Source: Candidatus Hermodarchaeota archaeon
GTDB taxonomy: Archaea; Asgardarchaeota; Hermodarchaeia; Hermodarchaeales; Hermodarchaeaceae
DNA: 30,871 nucleotides
Assembly: GCA_016839805.1 (NCBI GenBank)
Contig: JAEOTO010000037.1
Coordinates: forward strand, 1-30,871
Direction: 5' to 3'
Shown here: in pieces, positions 18,886 through 28,076 of the stretch
Layout of the letters: every line of letters starts with the position of its first letter
How positions within the stretch are numbered: the stretch's first letter is position 1
Notes under the pieces: generated by a model
Told to the model about the DNA's origin: nothing
Databases searched by the model: none
Seen by the model: only the letters and a program-made list of their open reading frames with translations
Translations under genes and position numbers: made by a program

Positions 18886-18954
18886 ATGCGAAAAAAGTGG
18901 AAGAAGAAACGCGCCCGAAAAATGCGGCGTAAACGTCGCCGATCCCGAAAATAA
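18886..18954 (+). CDS. rpl41e: Ribosomal protein L41e (eL41/eS32), MRKKWKKKRARKMRRKRRRSRK
   Basis: Manual translation closely matches eL41 (MRAKWRKKRMRRLKRKRR...), including Trp5. SD GGTGGAG upstream. Too short for the ORF track. Confidence 0.88.
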   Translation: MRKKWKKKRARKMRRKRRRSRK

Positions 18955-19087
18955 ACTATGCCTGTTTGCCGTTTTGTGTTGAGGTTTGCATACGGGTTTC
19001 GAATGGATGTATAACCGCGGGAAACCTTAATAGGCGTGAATTTTGAGAGACAGAATTAATGAACTGTCTACTTAGGAATGAGACGTT

Positions 19088-19720
19088 ATGGGACGTAAAT
19101 TAATAGGACTCACTGTAGGCTTTTTCCTTAGCATGGCAATGGCATATTTCCTCTTTCCAGTTTCGTACAATGAAATCATATACTGGCTTGCCCCCTATCT
19201 TGGACATTGGCTACGCTTCTTCTTCATGTACCTGTTCCTCGTCTTTGGTCACCCACTCAGTTATCCGACAGTACTAGTCGCCTGGGTGATAATCGGATTG
19301 GTGTCGGGCTTTTTTGTCCGCAGTATTTGGGGCACAATTCCTGTCGTGATATTCGTTTTCGGATTCACATTCTTAATGATGATTGTCGGTTTAGCTGCCG
19401 TCTTTCTGCCACTTATTCTCACCGGAGCGTTCGCAACGATCGATTTCATGGCTATCTTAACAAACATCCCCCCGGGTGTCTCGCTTTTTGACATAATCAC
19501 TGCTCCAGTAATTGGTCCTATCATCAACGCAATTATCGGAGGACTTGGAGACATTACAGGTGGCGGTGGGGCTGTTGATCCCTCGATAATTCTTGGAGTC
19601 TTACAGAATATTCTCGTCACTACCATCATCTTACCAGTAGTTCTCAATTTTATCATTCTTCTAGTAGCTGCAATTATTGGAGGTTTTATTGGTCGTGCAA
19701 TCTTTCCAGTGCGTGACTAG
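19088..19720 (+). CDS. Polytopic membrane protein of unknown function
   Basis: 210 aa, almost entirely hydrophobic, with Gly-rich helices; 21-nt gap to the next gene. Confidence 0.8.
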   Translation: MGRKLIGLTVGFFLSMAMAYFLFPVSYNEIIYWLAPYLGHWLRFFFMYLFLVFGHPLSYPTVLVAWVIIGLVSGFFVRSIWGTIPVVIFVFGFTFLMMIVGLAAVFLPLILTGAFATIDFMAILTNIPPGVSLFDIITAPVIGPIINAIIGGLGDITGGGGAVDPSIILGVLQNILVTTIILPVVLNFIILLVAAIIGGFIGRAIFPVRD

Positions 19721-19741
19721 ACCATTCGGAGGCAAATCAAA

Positions 19742-21589
19742 ATGAAACAAAGATATTATCAACCCTCAACTCTTTTGAACCGCTCACCTCAATTCACTTT
19801 CCTTGTTGCTACCATGGGCGCTCTCCTGTTACTCACCAGTTTTCTACCATTCTTCTGTCAAGGAACACCTTCCATCTATTCACCAATCAAAATCGTGTCT
19901 CTTCAGGATGGTATCAAGCAACCTACGTATCATACTGCTCCATCGCAAAACTTCACGATGGAAGGAAATGGTGACCTCACCGCTTTTGTCGTGGGACCTG
20001 ATGGCTCCATGACTGGTACTATGGTCGCTGCAGGAAATGTCGGTCCATTCAACACCGCTGCCCCCCACTATGACGAATGTCTTCTTGCACTCAGCATTTT
20101 CCGCTGGGGTGACTATCTGGATGTCCTTACCGGGCTCATGCAAGTGATAACCAACGATACCTCAGGAAGCACAGAACTAGACGCAATGATGGGCATCTTA
20201 GATCTATTACCTCCCAATGCCATCCTCATGGTCTTCATGGGTGGTAGCCCCGCTGACATACAAATCTGGGGCGATGCCATTCACCAGGACTTTGAAAATG
20301 TCTTAGGTATACAATTCGCGCGTATCTTCGGAATGGCCATTCCCATCCCGAACATGACAGTTGGAATTGAAGCTTATGGCTATTTTGGCGAATTAGGAAG
20401 CCCTGATTCTGTTGAGATCCAAGGACGTGATAAATTCCAAGGCTACATGTTGAATCTCGGAACTTCTCGGCGTGGTGGCACCGAACTAGTAACTCCCGCC
20501 CTTGCAAACGATTCCATTGGGGGAGTCGGTATTGCAGGTTTCCTTAACATTGGTGTATTAGGCGGATCACCTAGTCCAATGAAGAGGGCTATGCAGACAC
20601 CAGAAAGTATCACCATGGCTGCTTGGGCAAGCCGACACGAAGACAAATTCTTTGGCAGCGAAGAACAGACATTCAACGTCAATGAATTCGTTGACCGGAC
20701 TGGTACCCTCAGCATGGGCACTCTCGACGGCTTTGAATTTACTATGCTCTTCCCATCCGATGTAAACATCACATCTTACACACCTACTGACATGTACAAC
20801 AGTTCCTTCCCTGAAGGCGTAATGGTTATGCGCACCACAGGACATTGGGAAAACGATACAGCAGATATCCCTAATATCATTGTTAATTTCGAAGGTGACT
20901 TTCCACCGGGGCTATCCGTCCGAAAAACTATCACCCCAATAATTCCTATTGGGGGTATAGCCACTGTTACTATCCAGGTAACAAACATCGATCCCAACGA
21001 AACGGTTTATGAAATAAACGTTGATGACTCACATTCTTGGGATGCCTATCTGAATCTACCTCACAGCGATGTAGTAATTACCGGAAGCACAACAGGCTAT
21101 TGGGCGAGTATTGCTCCGGGGACTTCTGAAACTTTCAGCTACCAGATTTCCATTACTGGCGAAGGTGGTTATGTCGCTCAACGAGCCAATGTTACCTATG
21201 AAGACGATGCAGCTCGTGTCTGGGAAAAGACGAGTAACAAAGTCTACCTCACTGTAGCATACACCAGTCTCCTCGAATTCCTGTTGATACTTCTACAGGA
21301 CATACCTTGGTCTCTCCCTGTGCTCCTCCTCGTCGTCCTCATGGCCATCTATGCAATCATCTGGCTCATCAAACTACTTCTGGGACTCTTCAGAAAACGC
21401 CCAACTGCACCACCAACAAAAACTGGTCCTCCAACAGATATAATGCCGGAAGAAGCACCACCCCCACCAGATGAATACGAACTACCCGCCAAATCTTATC
21501 CCGAAACGACCTGTATTAATTGTGGCGCACCAGTACCACCAGGCGTAAGCTTCTGCCCTGCCTGTGGCTCGAAAGTAGATGAAGATTAA
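19742..21589 (+). CDS. Single-pass surface protein: signal peptide, large ectodomain with a DUF11/BatD-like Ig domain, TM helix, Pro-rich linker, C-terminal zinc ribbon
   Basis: Ig-like repeat LSVRKTI...TVTIQVTN...SIAPGTSETFSY; TM WSLPVLLLVV...; PTAPPTKTGPP...PPPP; CINCG...FCPACG. SD GGAGG upstream. Confidence 0.8.
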   Translation: MKQRYYQPSTLLNRSPQFTFLVATMGALLLLTSFLPFFCQGTPSIYSPIKIVSLQDGIKQPTYHTAPSQNFTMEGNGDLTAFVVGPDGSMTGTMVAAGNVGPFNTAAPHYDECLLALSIFRWGDYLDVLTGLMQVITNDTSGSTELDAMMGILDLLPPNAILMVFMGGSPADIQIWGDAIHQDFENVLGIQFARIFGMAIPIPNMTVGIEAYGYFGELGSPDSVEIQGRDKFQGYMLNLGTSRRGGTELVTPALANDSIGGVGIAGFLNIGVLGGSPSPMKRAMQTPESITMAAWASRHEDKFFGSEEQTFNVNEFVDRTGTLSMGTLDGFEFTMLFPSDVNITSYTPTDMYNSSFPEGVMVMRTTGHWENDTADIPNIIVNFEGDFPPGLSVRKTITPIIPIGGIATVTIQVTNIDPNETVYEINVDDSHSWDAYLNLPHSDVVITGSTTGYWASIAPGTSETFSYQISITGEGGYVAQRANVTYEDDAARVWEKTSNKVYLTVAYTSLLEFLLILLQDIPWSLPVLLLVVLMAIYAIIWLIKLLLGLFRKRPTAPPTKTGPPTDIMPEEAPPPPDEYELPAKSYPETTCINCGAPVPPGVSFCPACGSKVDED

Positions 21590-21640
21590 CCGCTCAAACC
21601 CCTCCATCGGAGGGGTCTCCCACTCTTTGTCAAAGCGGTT
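21588..21640 (+). terminator. Nested stem-loop after the zinc-ribbon gene
   Basis: ACCCCTCC-ATC-GGAGGGGT (21598-21616), enclosed by AACCGCT/AGCGGTT. Confidence 0.4.
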
Positions 21641-21774
21641 TAATACACAATTTCCTGGTAAATTTCATCGAGTCAGATATTTAACTAATATGGCCTCTTC
21701 AGAAGAGAAATCCTTAAACAAAACCTTGCTACTAACCATCATCAGGAATCCGATACAAGAGTAGGGTAACATTA

Positions 21775-22497
21775 ATGGAATTACGCAGCACAGGAATTAG
21801 TGGATTAGATGAACTTCTCCGAGGAGGAGTACCTGCTGATGGTCTCACTCTCCTTATCGGCGATGCAGGAACTGGTAAAAGTCTGCTAGCCCGTCAATTT
21901 CTCTGGGAAGGCATCCACCAGGAAGAAAACAGCATCTCCATTCTCACCGAAACTCATCGTGAAGCCATGACCCGCTCCCTCCAAGACTTTGGCTGGGACA
22001 TCACTGCATATGCTGGCAAAAACCTCCGCATCATCGAAGGGTTCACCCTCTCTTATCCTGATTTCCTTTCAAAGATCGAAGATGCAGATCGTGAATTCAC
22101 TCTTGAAGCCCTAAACTTAGATAAACTGATCCATCTCCTCACGACGGCAGCAATCCAACTTGGTGAAAAAGGGCGGTGTATCTTCGATAGTCTCAGTGAT
22201 CTTTTCATCCTCTTGGGTACTGACCGTAAAGTGTTACGTTTTCTCCGCCGCGTCAAAGTTTTCCTCGCTGGGGAAGATTACAGCACGATTATGACCCTGG
22301 ACCCTCACACTCAAGGCACCATCGCAACCAACGCCGCAATGCATATCGCTGATGGTATCATTGAAATCCGTCTCCGAGAAGGTCCTGAAAACATCGGTCT
22401 ACAACGCGAAATCCGTGTTCGAGCCATGCCTCAAGGGCATGATAGTACTTGGCATCCTCTGAAGATTACTCCCAAGGGTCTTGTCGTTGAAGTTTAA
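21775..22497 (+). CDS. Single-domain KaiC/RAD55-like RecA-superfamily ATPase
   Basis: STGISGLDELLRGGVP, Walker A GDAGTGKS, Walker B IFDSLS, HIADGIIE and GLVV C-terminus. Confidence 0.9.
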   Translation: MELRSTGISGLDELLRGGVPADGLTLLIGDAGTGKSLLARQFLWEGIHQEENSISILTETHREAMTRSLQDFGWDITAYAGKNLRIIEGFTLSYPDFLSKIEDADREFTLEALNLDKLIHLLTTAAIQLGEKGRCIFDSLSDLFILLGTDRKVLRFLRRVKVFLAGEDYSTIMTLDPHTQGTIATNAAMHIADGIIEIRLREGPENIGLQREIRVRAMPQGHDSTWHPLKITPKGLVVEV

Positions 22498-22661
22498 CGA
22501 TTCAAACTAAGTGAATGATCATTTGTATGCTTAGAGTTGAAATTAGTGCTAATCGATTCTTCTGAAAAAATTATTAAAAATTTATTACTATGTATGTTTA
22601 TATAATATTATTGATAGTTAAAAGTATAAGATTATGATAGTATTTAATTTTTCATCACAAA

Positions 22662-23901
22662 TTTTCTTTCAATCGAATATCTCAAATATGTCTATGAATA
22701 AATGTTTGTTGTATAGTATTTGTATGCATTAGATAAAAATCGTTAAACCACTGTTTAAAATTATAGACAAATGACGAAATAAAATCGCCTTTATACGTAT
22801 TTTCCTTTCATCGAAAAACTTAACAAAAAAGATATTAATTCAATAATGGATTATATTAAAAAATGGGTGCAAAAAATAGGAATTGATGTTAGAAAATAAG
22901 AAATCTTTGTAAACTTTGATTGGATTAGAATTCCAATGTGAAAATAACGGTGGTATTGGGAAGCCTAATCACCACCCGCTAATCGGGCTAAAGCGACTTT
23001 GATTTCATGCCGTACAATTAACTCGGGTTCGTTTTCTAATTGGTTTTTGAGGGCCAGTTCCGCACGCATTTCGCCCAGTTCACCTAACGCTTTGGCAGCA
23101 GCCTGGCGGACGTAAAGATCAGAATCTTGAAGGCGATCTATGAGGGGATCCACCGCTTTCCAATCTCCCATTGATGCTAAAGCAATGATGGCTTCTTTTC
23201 GAACGTATAGGTTCTCGTCCGCGAGCATATTACAAAGGGGCTCGACGCCATCCCGGTCTCCGATTTCCCCTAAGATATTGACGATGGCTCGTCGGACTTC
23301 AGGATCTTCGTGGTTGAGGTCATTAATGAGTCCTTCGACCAGGTGTTGGTCTCGTAATTGTTCAAGGGCCCAGATGACGGCTTTGCGAACCTTTTTGTTT
23401 GGATCGGCTAGAGCTTCGACAAGTGCACTAACGCTGTCTTGATTTCCTAAGTGACCAAGCGCTCGGGCTGCCTGTTCGCGTTTGAGGGCATTTTCGCTGG
23501 TTCGGAGTGTTCGGATGAGTTCATCTGCCTTGACTATCTCTGTCATGTGGGTTCACGGTTTGTTATGATTATACGTGCGGGGAGATTGTGACTTGACATT
23601 GGAAATGGAACCTCTTAAAGGCTAAGAATTTCTCGGTTTTACTCTTACAATGGACAGTAGGAAAATGTGTTGTTTGGTTGATTTGTTGAAATATTGAAAT
23701 AATAACATTTACTCTATACTATTTGTATTTTAGTTAAAATAAGTGGTTTCTTATTTGTTTTCCTTATAACGAATATCTCAAACATATTTTAGAATAAATG
23801 ATTAGTAAAAAGTCTCTACTTAGTTTAGTTCAATTATTTGATGTAATGATTAATACTTCATTATAATTAATGGAATTCAATCTCATTTTCCTCTCATCGA
23901 A
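22662..23901 (+). repeat. Four copies of a degenerate 16-bp motif in two AT-rich intergenic regions flanking the HEAT gene
   Basis: TTTTCTTTCAATCGAA (22662), TTTTCCTTTCATCGAA (22800), TTTTCCTTATAACGAA (23758), TTTTCCTCTCATCGAA (23886). Copies 1 and 3 continue into an identical CGAATATCTCAAA-N9-GAATAAATG. Confidence 0.7.
22965..23546 (-). CDS. HEAT-repeat (PBS lyase-like) protein
   Basis: Tandem repeats of the type L.D....VR..A..ALG.LG...AV..L. Confidence 0.92.
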   Translation of the reverse strand: MTEIVKADELIRTLRTSENALKREQAARALGHLGNQDSVSALVEALADPNKKVRKAVIWALEQLRDQHLVEGLINDLNHEDPEVRRAIVNILGEIGDRDGVEPLCNMLADENLYVRKEAIIALASMGDWKAVDPLIDRLQDSDLYVRQAAAKALGELGEMRAELALKNQLENEPELIVRHEIKVALARLAGGD

Positions 23902-23991
23902 AATATTAGCTATGTGGTGTAGTTTTTTACGTCATAATCTCTAAGAGTCTTCTCTATTCCATCTATTCTAGGGGTGCGATAATAAGTGGTA

Positions 23992-24020
23992 GAGAGCTAG
24001 GGTCGAGTTCCCTAGCTCTC
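23992..24020 (-). terminator. Perfect 11-bp hairpin just downstream of xerA
   Basis: GAGAGCTAGGG-TCGAGTT-CCCTAGCTCTC, 16 nt past the xerA stop codon. Confidence 0.5.
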
Positions 24021-24036
24021 CAAAGAGGGAATCGAG

Positions 24037-24984
24037 TCAAAAGACTTCCTCGGGTTCGGTTTCGGCCAACGGATGAGTGCGTTGAAAAACAGCTCGTTCG
24101 TGGGCTAACGACACATGGGTGTAAATCTGTGTAGTAGCTAAATTCGCGTGTCCTAGAAGTTCCTGTAAAACTCGAACATCTGCACCTCGCTCAAGCATGT
24201 GGGTTGCAAAGGAGTGGCGTAAAGCATGCGGTGTAACCTTTGAGGTGATGCCTGCGCGTTTTGCGACTGACCGCACAGTCCGCTGCACCGTTAGCGGTGA
24301 TAAGCGTTTATTTCTGCGGCTAAGAAATAGAGGACCTTCAGCTGGTCGGAATTTAATATATTCGACAATTGCATTCATAGCTGGAACAGTTAATAGTACC
24401 ATTCGCTCCTTGTTCCCCTTGCCAAGGACTCGGATCGTCCCCTCGGAAAAGTCGATGTTTTCAATGTTCATGGAGCAAAGTTCAGAGACGCGAGCACCTG
24501 TGCTATACAAGACTTGAAATATTGCATAAGTGCGTTCAGGATTTTTTTCATATTTCCGAGCAGCCCAAAGGAGGCGTTTTACATCCTCTGGTGAGACTGA
24601 CCGGGGTAGATGTTGTCCGAGACGTGGAGTAACAAGTCCCGTAGTGGGATTGTCGGTAATCATTTTCTCTTGGTCAAGAAAGCGAAAGAATGAGCGCAAA
24701 CAAGCCAATTTTCTGCGCAGTGAGGCACTGCTATAGCCCTTATCGGTTTTTAGATGTGCAAGAAACATCCGTATATGGTGAGTTTGCACTTGCTGGGGTG
24801 GTATACCGACAAAGGTGAAAAACATCTCAAGATCGTAGCGGTACACCCGGGAGGTTTGTGGGCTGCCTCCTCGTTCAATAGAGATAAATTCCGTAAAGCG
24901 ATCAATCGCTTCGTTAACAAGCATGTTAATGGGATTTGGAGGGGACTCGATAGCCAATCCTTCAAAATTCATAAAGAGCATCAC
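24037..24984 (-). CDS. xerA: XerC/XerD-family (archaeal XerA) site-specific tyrosine recombinase; the true start may be further downstream (MLVNEA)
   Basis: SAM-like N-domain (RKLACLRSFFRFL) and a complete catalytic set: STGARVSEL, GKGNKER, HALRHSFATH, LLGH, TTQIYTHV. Confidence 0.92.
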   Translation of the reverse strand: MMLFMNFEGLAIESPPNPINMLVNEAIDRFTEFISIERGGSPQTSRVYRYDLEMFFTFVGIPPQQVQTHHIRMFLAHLKTDKGYSSASLRRKLACLRSFFRFLDQEKMITDNPTTGLVTPRLGQHLPRSVSPEDVKRLLWAARKYEKNPERTYAIFQVLYSTGARVSELCSMNIENIDFSEGTIRVLGKGNKERMVLLTVPAMNAIVEYIKFRPAEGPLFLSRRNKRLSPLTVQRTVRSVAKRAGITSKVTPHALRHSFATHMLERGADVRVLQELLGHANLATTQIYTHVSLAHERAVFQRTHPLAETEPEEVF

Positions 24985-25308
24985 CTAATAGTTCATGAAC
25001 TACTTCGGTTTCTCTCGACGCGATTTAATGGCTGGTATTACCTGGCGGGTATAAGTCTTCACAGTGTTTTCCATCTTTTTCGCGTATAATAGGGGGATTA
25101 GAGGTGCGTTTACGATTGAATGACGTAAAATCGTGGCAGAACCCAGGAAACCCCTTAATTCTTGATAGATAACTGCTCTCGACTCTTAGTGTTGGATACT
25201 ACGGGATTCCATAACGATATGAGCTTTTTATACAGCGTAATACCAGCTTTCTTAGGCATAACTTGTGACTTCATATGTTACCAACATCGTCTCCAGCGGG
25301 GTGATGTA

Positions 25309-25485
25309 ATGAGCACCGAAGCAGACGAAAACTCTATCCTCGATGGCATTGCTGAGTTAATGTTGTTACCTATCCAGACGGGTCAAAGCAAAAAGGTCGA
25401 AGCCCAAATTACCCTAGAAATCGACGAAAAGGATGGGAAAATGAAACTCAGCGCCACAATAAACAGTCCAGAAGAAAAAAAGTAA
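25309..25485 (+). CDS. Small hypothetical protein (58 aa, MSTEADENS...)
   Basis: In frame within ORF 25162..25485; SD GGGGTGA just upstream of ATG 25309. Confidence 0.6.
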   Translation: MSTEADENSILDGIAELMLLPIQTGQSKKVEAQITLEIDEKDGKMKLSATINSPEEKK

Positions 25486-25585
25486 GAATCCTACACCCTT
25501 CTCTACGATCACTGGGAGCATTGCTTAGACGCTCCTGCTAAATTATTTAGCCATATTTTTTCTAGAATCCCATGAGGGACTCCAA

Positions 25586-25885
25586 ATGGTGGAACAGAAG
25601 GCCAAATATGAAAAAATCACTTGCGTGGAAAACCGAAACTTAACCCGATTATTAATCGTCGTCCTCATTGGCCTAATTATCGGTTGCATCTTCTGTGCCT
25701 TCATGTTAACAGAAATCGCCTGGGTCCTTGTCATCTGTTTCCTCTATATTCTAGCCCTTGAAGTAATTCTCATAACAAGTACCATTTCAGATTCCACAGA
25801 AGACTTGGAGACACCATATAACACGACATTACCATCAGAACCTGTTTGTACTAATGATGTCAACCAAAACTCAATTGAAGCCTGA
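25586..25885 (+). CDS. Small 2-TM membrane protein
   Basis: Two hydrophobic helices and an acidic/polar tail; GAGGG upstream; similar to 30012..30233. Confidence 0.65.
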   Translation: MVEQKAKYEKITCVENRNLTRLLIVVLIGLIIGCIFCAFMLTEIAWVLVICFLYILALEVILITSTISDSTEDLETPYNTTLPSEPVCTNDVNQNSIEA

Positions 25886-25944
25886 AACGTTATCAAAGAA
25901 CAAGTCTTTGCTGGAACGAGTTCTTTCAATCAAATTGTATATGA

Positions 25945-26637
25945 TTACGATTGTTTCAAACCCTTAGGGCAAGCTTGTATGCACACCCCACATACGGGAG
26001 CTCCAACCTCAGCTCGATTCTTTTCAATGAAATCAGCACACCGATCCACATCCAGCAAATCCGCCCGATTGCTTTTCACCGACCAGTTCACACCTTCAAT
26101 TGCTCCAACCGGACAGGCTTTCACACAGTTCCGACAATCACCGCATTGACTCTCAATAACAGGGTTTCCCATTCGTAAAGGAGCATCTGTGAGGACCGTG
26201 ACAAATCGAACACGGGACCCGAACTCTTTTGTCACCAACAACGCACTTTTCCCTATCCAGCCTAATCCGGCTCGCGTCGCCACCATCTTGTGTGATAGAT
26301 GACCACGATGCAGTTTAAAATCAATAGTCTGAGACGCAGGAATTGGCAACGCAGCATGCCTTTCCTTTTGTAAGTAATTCATGACTTGAATTGCCATGTC
26401 GTTCAGGTAGTGATTCACCACATGGTAATGATACGCATACAAAGGTGTGGGTCCTGAATGCAGTGCGTTCACAATTTGATCTGATAATCGGACCGCAATA
26501 CTGATTCCATGGGGTAATTCTGCAAACTCATCTGGCAACAAATCTCGTAAATCAGCAAATCCAACAAGGGTAGCTCTGTAAGGAAACCGGTTCATTAGAA
26601 ATGATCGAAGATAATAAGATATCAGCAATCCTGACAT
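25945..26637 (-). CDS. QueG/reductive-dehalogenase-related 2x[4Fe-4S] (probably cobamide-dependent) protein
   Basis: SHKMVATRAGLGWIGKSALLVTKEFGSRVRFVTVLTD, CGDCRNCVKACP and CGVCIQACP. Confidence 0.85.
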   Translation of the reverse strand: MSGLLISYYLRSFLMNRFPYRATLVGFADLRDLLPDEFAELPHGISIAVRLSDQIVNALHSGPTPLYAYHYHVVNHYLNDMAIQVMNYLQKERHAALPIPASQTIDFKLHRGHLSHKMVATRAGLGWIGKSALLVTKEFGSRVRFVTVLTDAPLRMGNPVIESQCGDCRNCVKACPVGAIEGVNWSVKSNRADLLDVDRCADFIEKNRAEVGAPVCGVCIQACPKGLKQS

Positions 26638-26712
26638 TGTCCCTCACAACCTTCTTTCTGAATTAGTACCTAATAGTACAGCCAGAAGAGTACCAGATAG
26701 CTAACTTGCACT

Positions 26713-27918
26713 TTACACACGAATTTCTTCACCTACTCTCAGGTTACGGTACGCCGAACCAAAGCTTTCGCGAAACATTTCGAAACTAAGCGGGGAACTA
26801 TCATGCGGTGACAAGGCTACAATTTTTGGTTGGCGTTGTTTGAGGAGGTCAATATTCGCTTGTAATTCCTCCCTAGTGATGTATTCCCACGGTACTTTTC
26901 CCGTTCCAAAATATCGATAGGGACTCATTCCCGTAATTTCAATAGGACCCCCTTCAACAGGGTAGTGGAGTCCACCAATGATACCATAAATCGGTTCATC
27001 AAACAACATTTCTGTTCGGTCGAGAAGCTTCGATAAGGTCTGATGCCCACATCCCACAATTAAGACAATGCCTTTATCTTCCACATTTACCGCCAAAGCT
27101 TGTTCATATTCTACCCCCGATCCTAAGAAGAACATTGCATTCGAGATATTCCCAATTGTAGTCACGCCAGGTCCAATTACGGTTGGATCTTTTGTATGAA
27201 TCGGCTCAATTCCTGGATACTTCATGGGCACCGGAGTGTAGACTGTGACATGGGATAAGTCAAGTTGTGTATCAGTCAATGAAAAGGTCTTTTTTTCTAA
27301 CCACTTGCCACCACCTATATGGTCACCATGATTATGCGATATCACGATAGTGTCAATACTGTTCAGTTCAATACCCAACTGCTTCATATTCTGTAAAAGT
27401 GGAGAAGGATCCTCACGCATTGGGTTCAAACCCAAATCAAACAAAATCGTGTTCTCATCAGTAAGAATCAGATAGGAAACACCCAGTTCTTTCCGTAAAT
27501 TCTCCCGACTTGTATGCCAATCAATTAACGGTAAAATCGACAGATTCGAAGTCGTGCCGATATTTGCAAGCTTAGAATAAGTACTCTGTTTCCATTCCTT
27601 CAATGCCTTCCGGTGACCACGACGATACTTCTTTAATTCCTTTCCGAGCTTCTCATCTTCAAATAGATACTGAAGTGTGACCTTTATTCCAGCCTTAATA
27701 AACGGTGCGAGGTATTTTTCGATGACAATCTTCGGGGGAATAATAGCTTTACCTAGCTCAAACACTACACAACTGGTAATCCCCTGGACGGGTTCGGGCA
27801 TCGTTGAAGGTGGAATAATAAATTTGATATCCTTACTTTGAGAGATACGATCTTGCCAGGAAGCAATATACTCCTCCAGGTTTTCTGGAGGAACCTCGAA
27901 AAATGCTATGTATCGCAT
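26713..27918 (-). CDS. Metallo-beta-lactamase-fold hydrolase (MJ0448-like) with an extra ~110-aa N-terminal domain
   Basis: ILFDLG, SHNHGDHIGG (HxHxDH), EQAL, GCGH and GGLH motifs. Confidence 0.88.
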   Translation of the reverse strand: MRYIAFFEVPPENLEEYIASWQDRISQSKDIKFIIPPSTMPEPVQGITSCVVFELGKAIIPPKIVIEKYLAPFIKAGIKVTLQYLFEDEKLGKELKKYRRGHRKALKEWKQSTYSKLANIGTTSNLSILPLIDWHTSRENLRKELGVSYLILTDENTILFDLGLNPMREDPSPLLQNMKQLGIELNSIDTIVISHNHGDHIGGGKWLEKKTFSLTDTQLDLSHVTVYTPVPMKYPGIEPIHTKDPTVIGPGVTTIGNISNAMFFLGSGVEYEQALAVNVEDKGIVLIVGCGHQTLSKLLDRTEMLFDEPIYGIIGGLHYPVEGGPIEITGMSPYRYFGTGKVPWEYITREELQANIDLLKQRQPKIVALSPHDSSPLSFEMFRESFGSAYRNLRVGEEIRV

Positions 27919-27963
27919 TGACCATCCCAGGTAGATATTGCTAAGAGGGATAAATAGCCTATA

Positions 27964-27999
27964 GTTTATGAAGTGAAATGCTTATTTTACTTCATAGAC
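27964..27999. promoter_or_regulatory. Long inverted repeat between the endonuclease stop and the MBL start (terminator or operator)
   Basis: GTTTATGAAGTGAAAT-GCTT-ATTTTACTTCATAGAC. Confidence 0.4.
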
Positions 28000-28076
28000 A
28001 CCATAACTAACCTATTTGAACGACTTTAACCTCATAAAATGGTGCTATAGATGTAGGTGACATGAAAAATTATTCT

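Noticed and set aside
21579-21764. 61-aa ORF between the zinc-ribbon gene and the ATPase
   Set aside because: Spans a stem-loop and a probable promoter; no protein-like features.
22834-22861. dif-like right arm TTATATTAAA near xerA (also GGTGCGATAA at ~23973 and AAATAAG-N6-CTTATTT at 23737-23756)
   Set aside because: None forms a convincing 11-6-11 site with both arms; such matches are expected in AT-rich DNA.
22931-22943. Mini-ORB-like TTCCAATGTGAAA
   Set aside because: Single copy, spacing differs from TCCA-N3-GAAA, no G-string, and no cdc6 nearby.
22662-23901. CRISPR interpretation of the AT-rich repeats
   Set aside because: Repeats are short, degenerate and >100 bp apart; no cas genes are present.
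24037-24984. Provirus integrase interpretation of the tyrosine recombinase
   Set aside because: The sequence is canonical XerC/D-like; no tRNA att site or viral structural/replication genes are seen.
25089-25157. Possible structured RNA upstream of xerA (AGGGG/CCCCT and TACGATT/AATCGTG stems)
   Set aside because: Stems are short and match no tRNA or ncRNA family I recognise.
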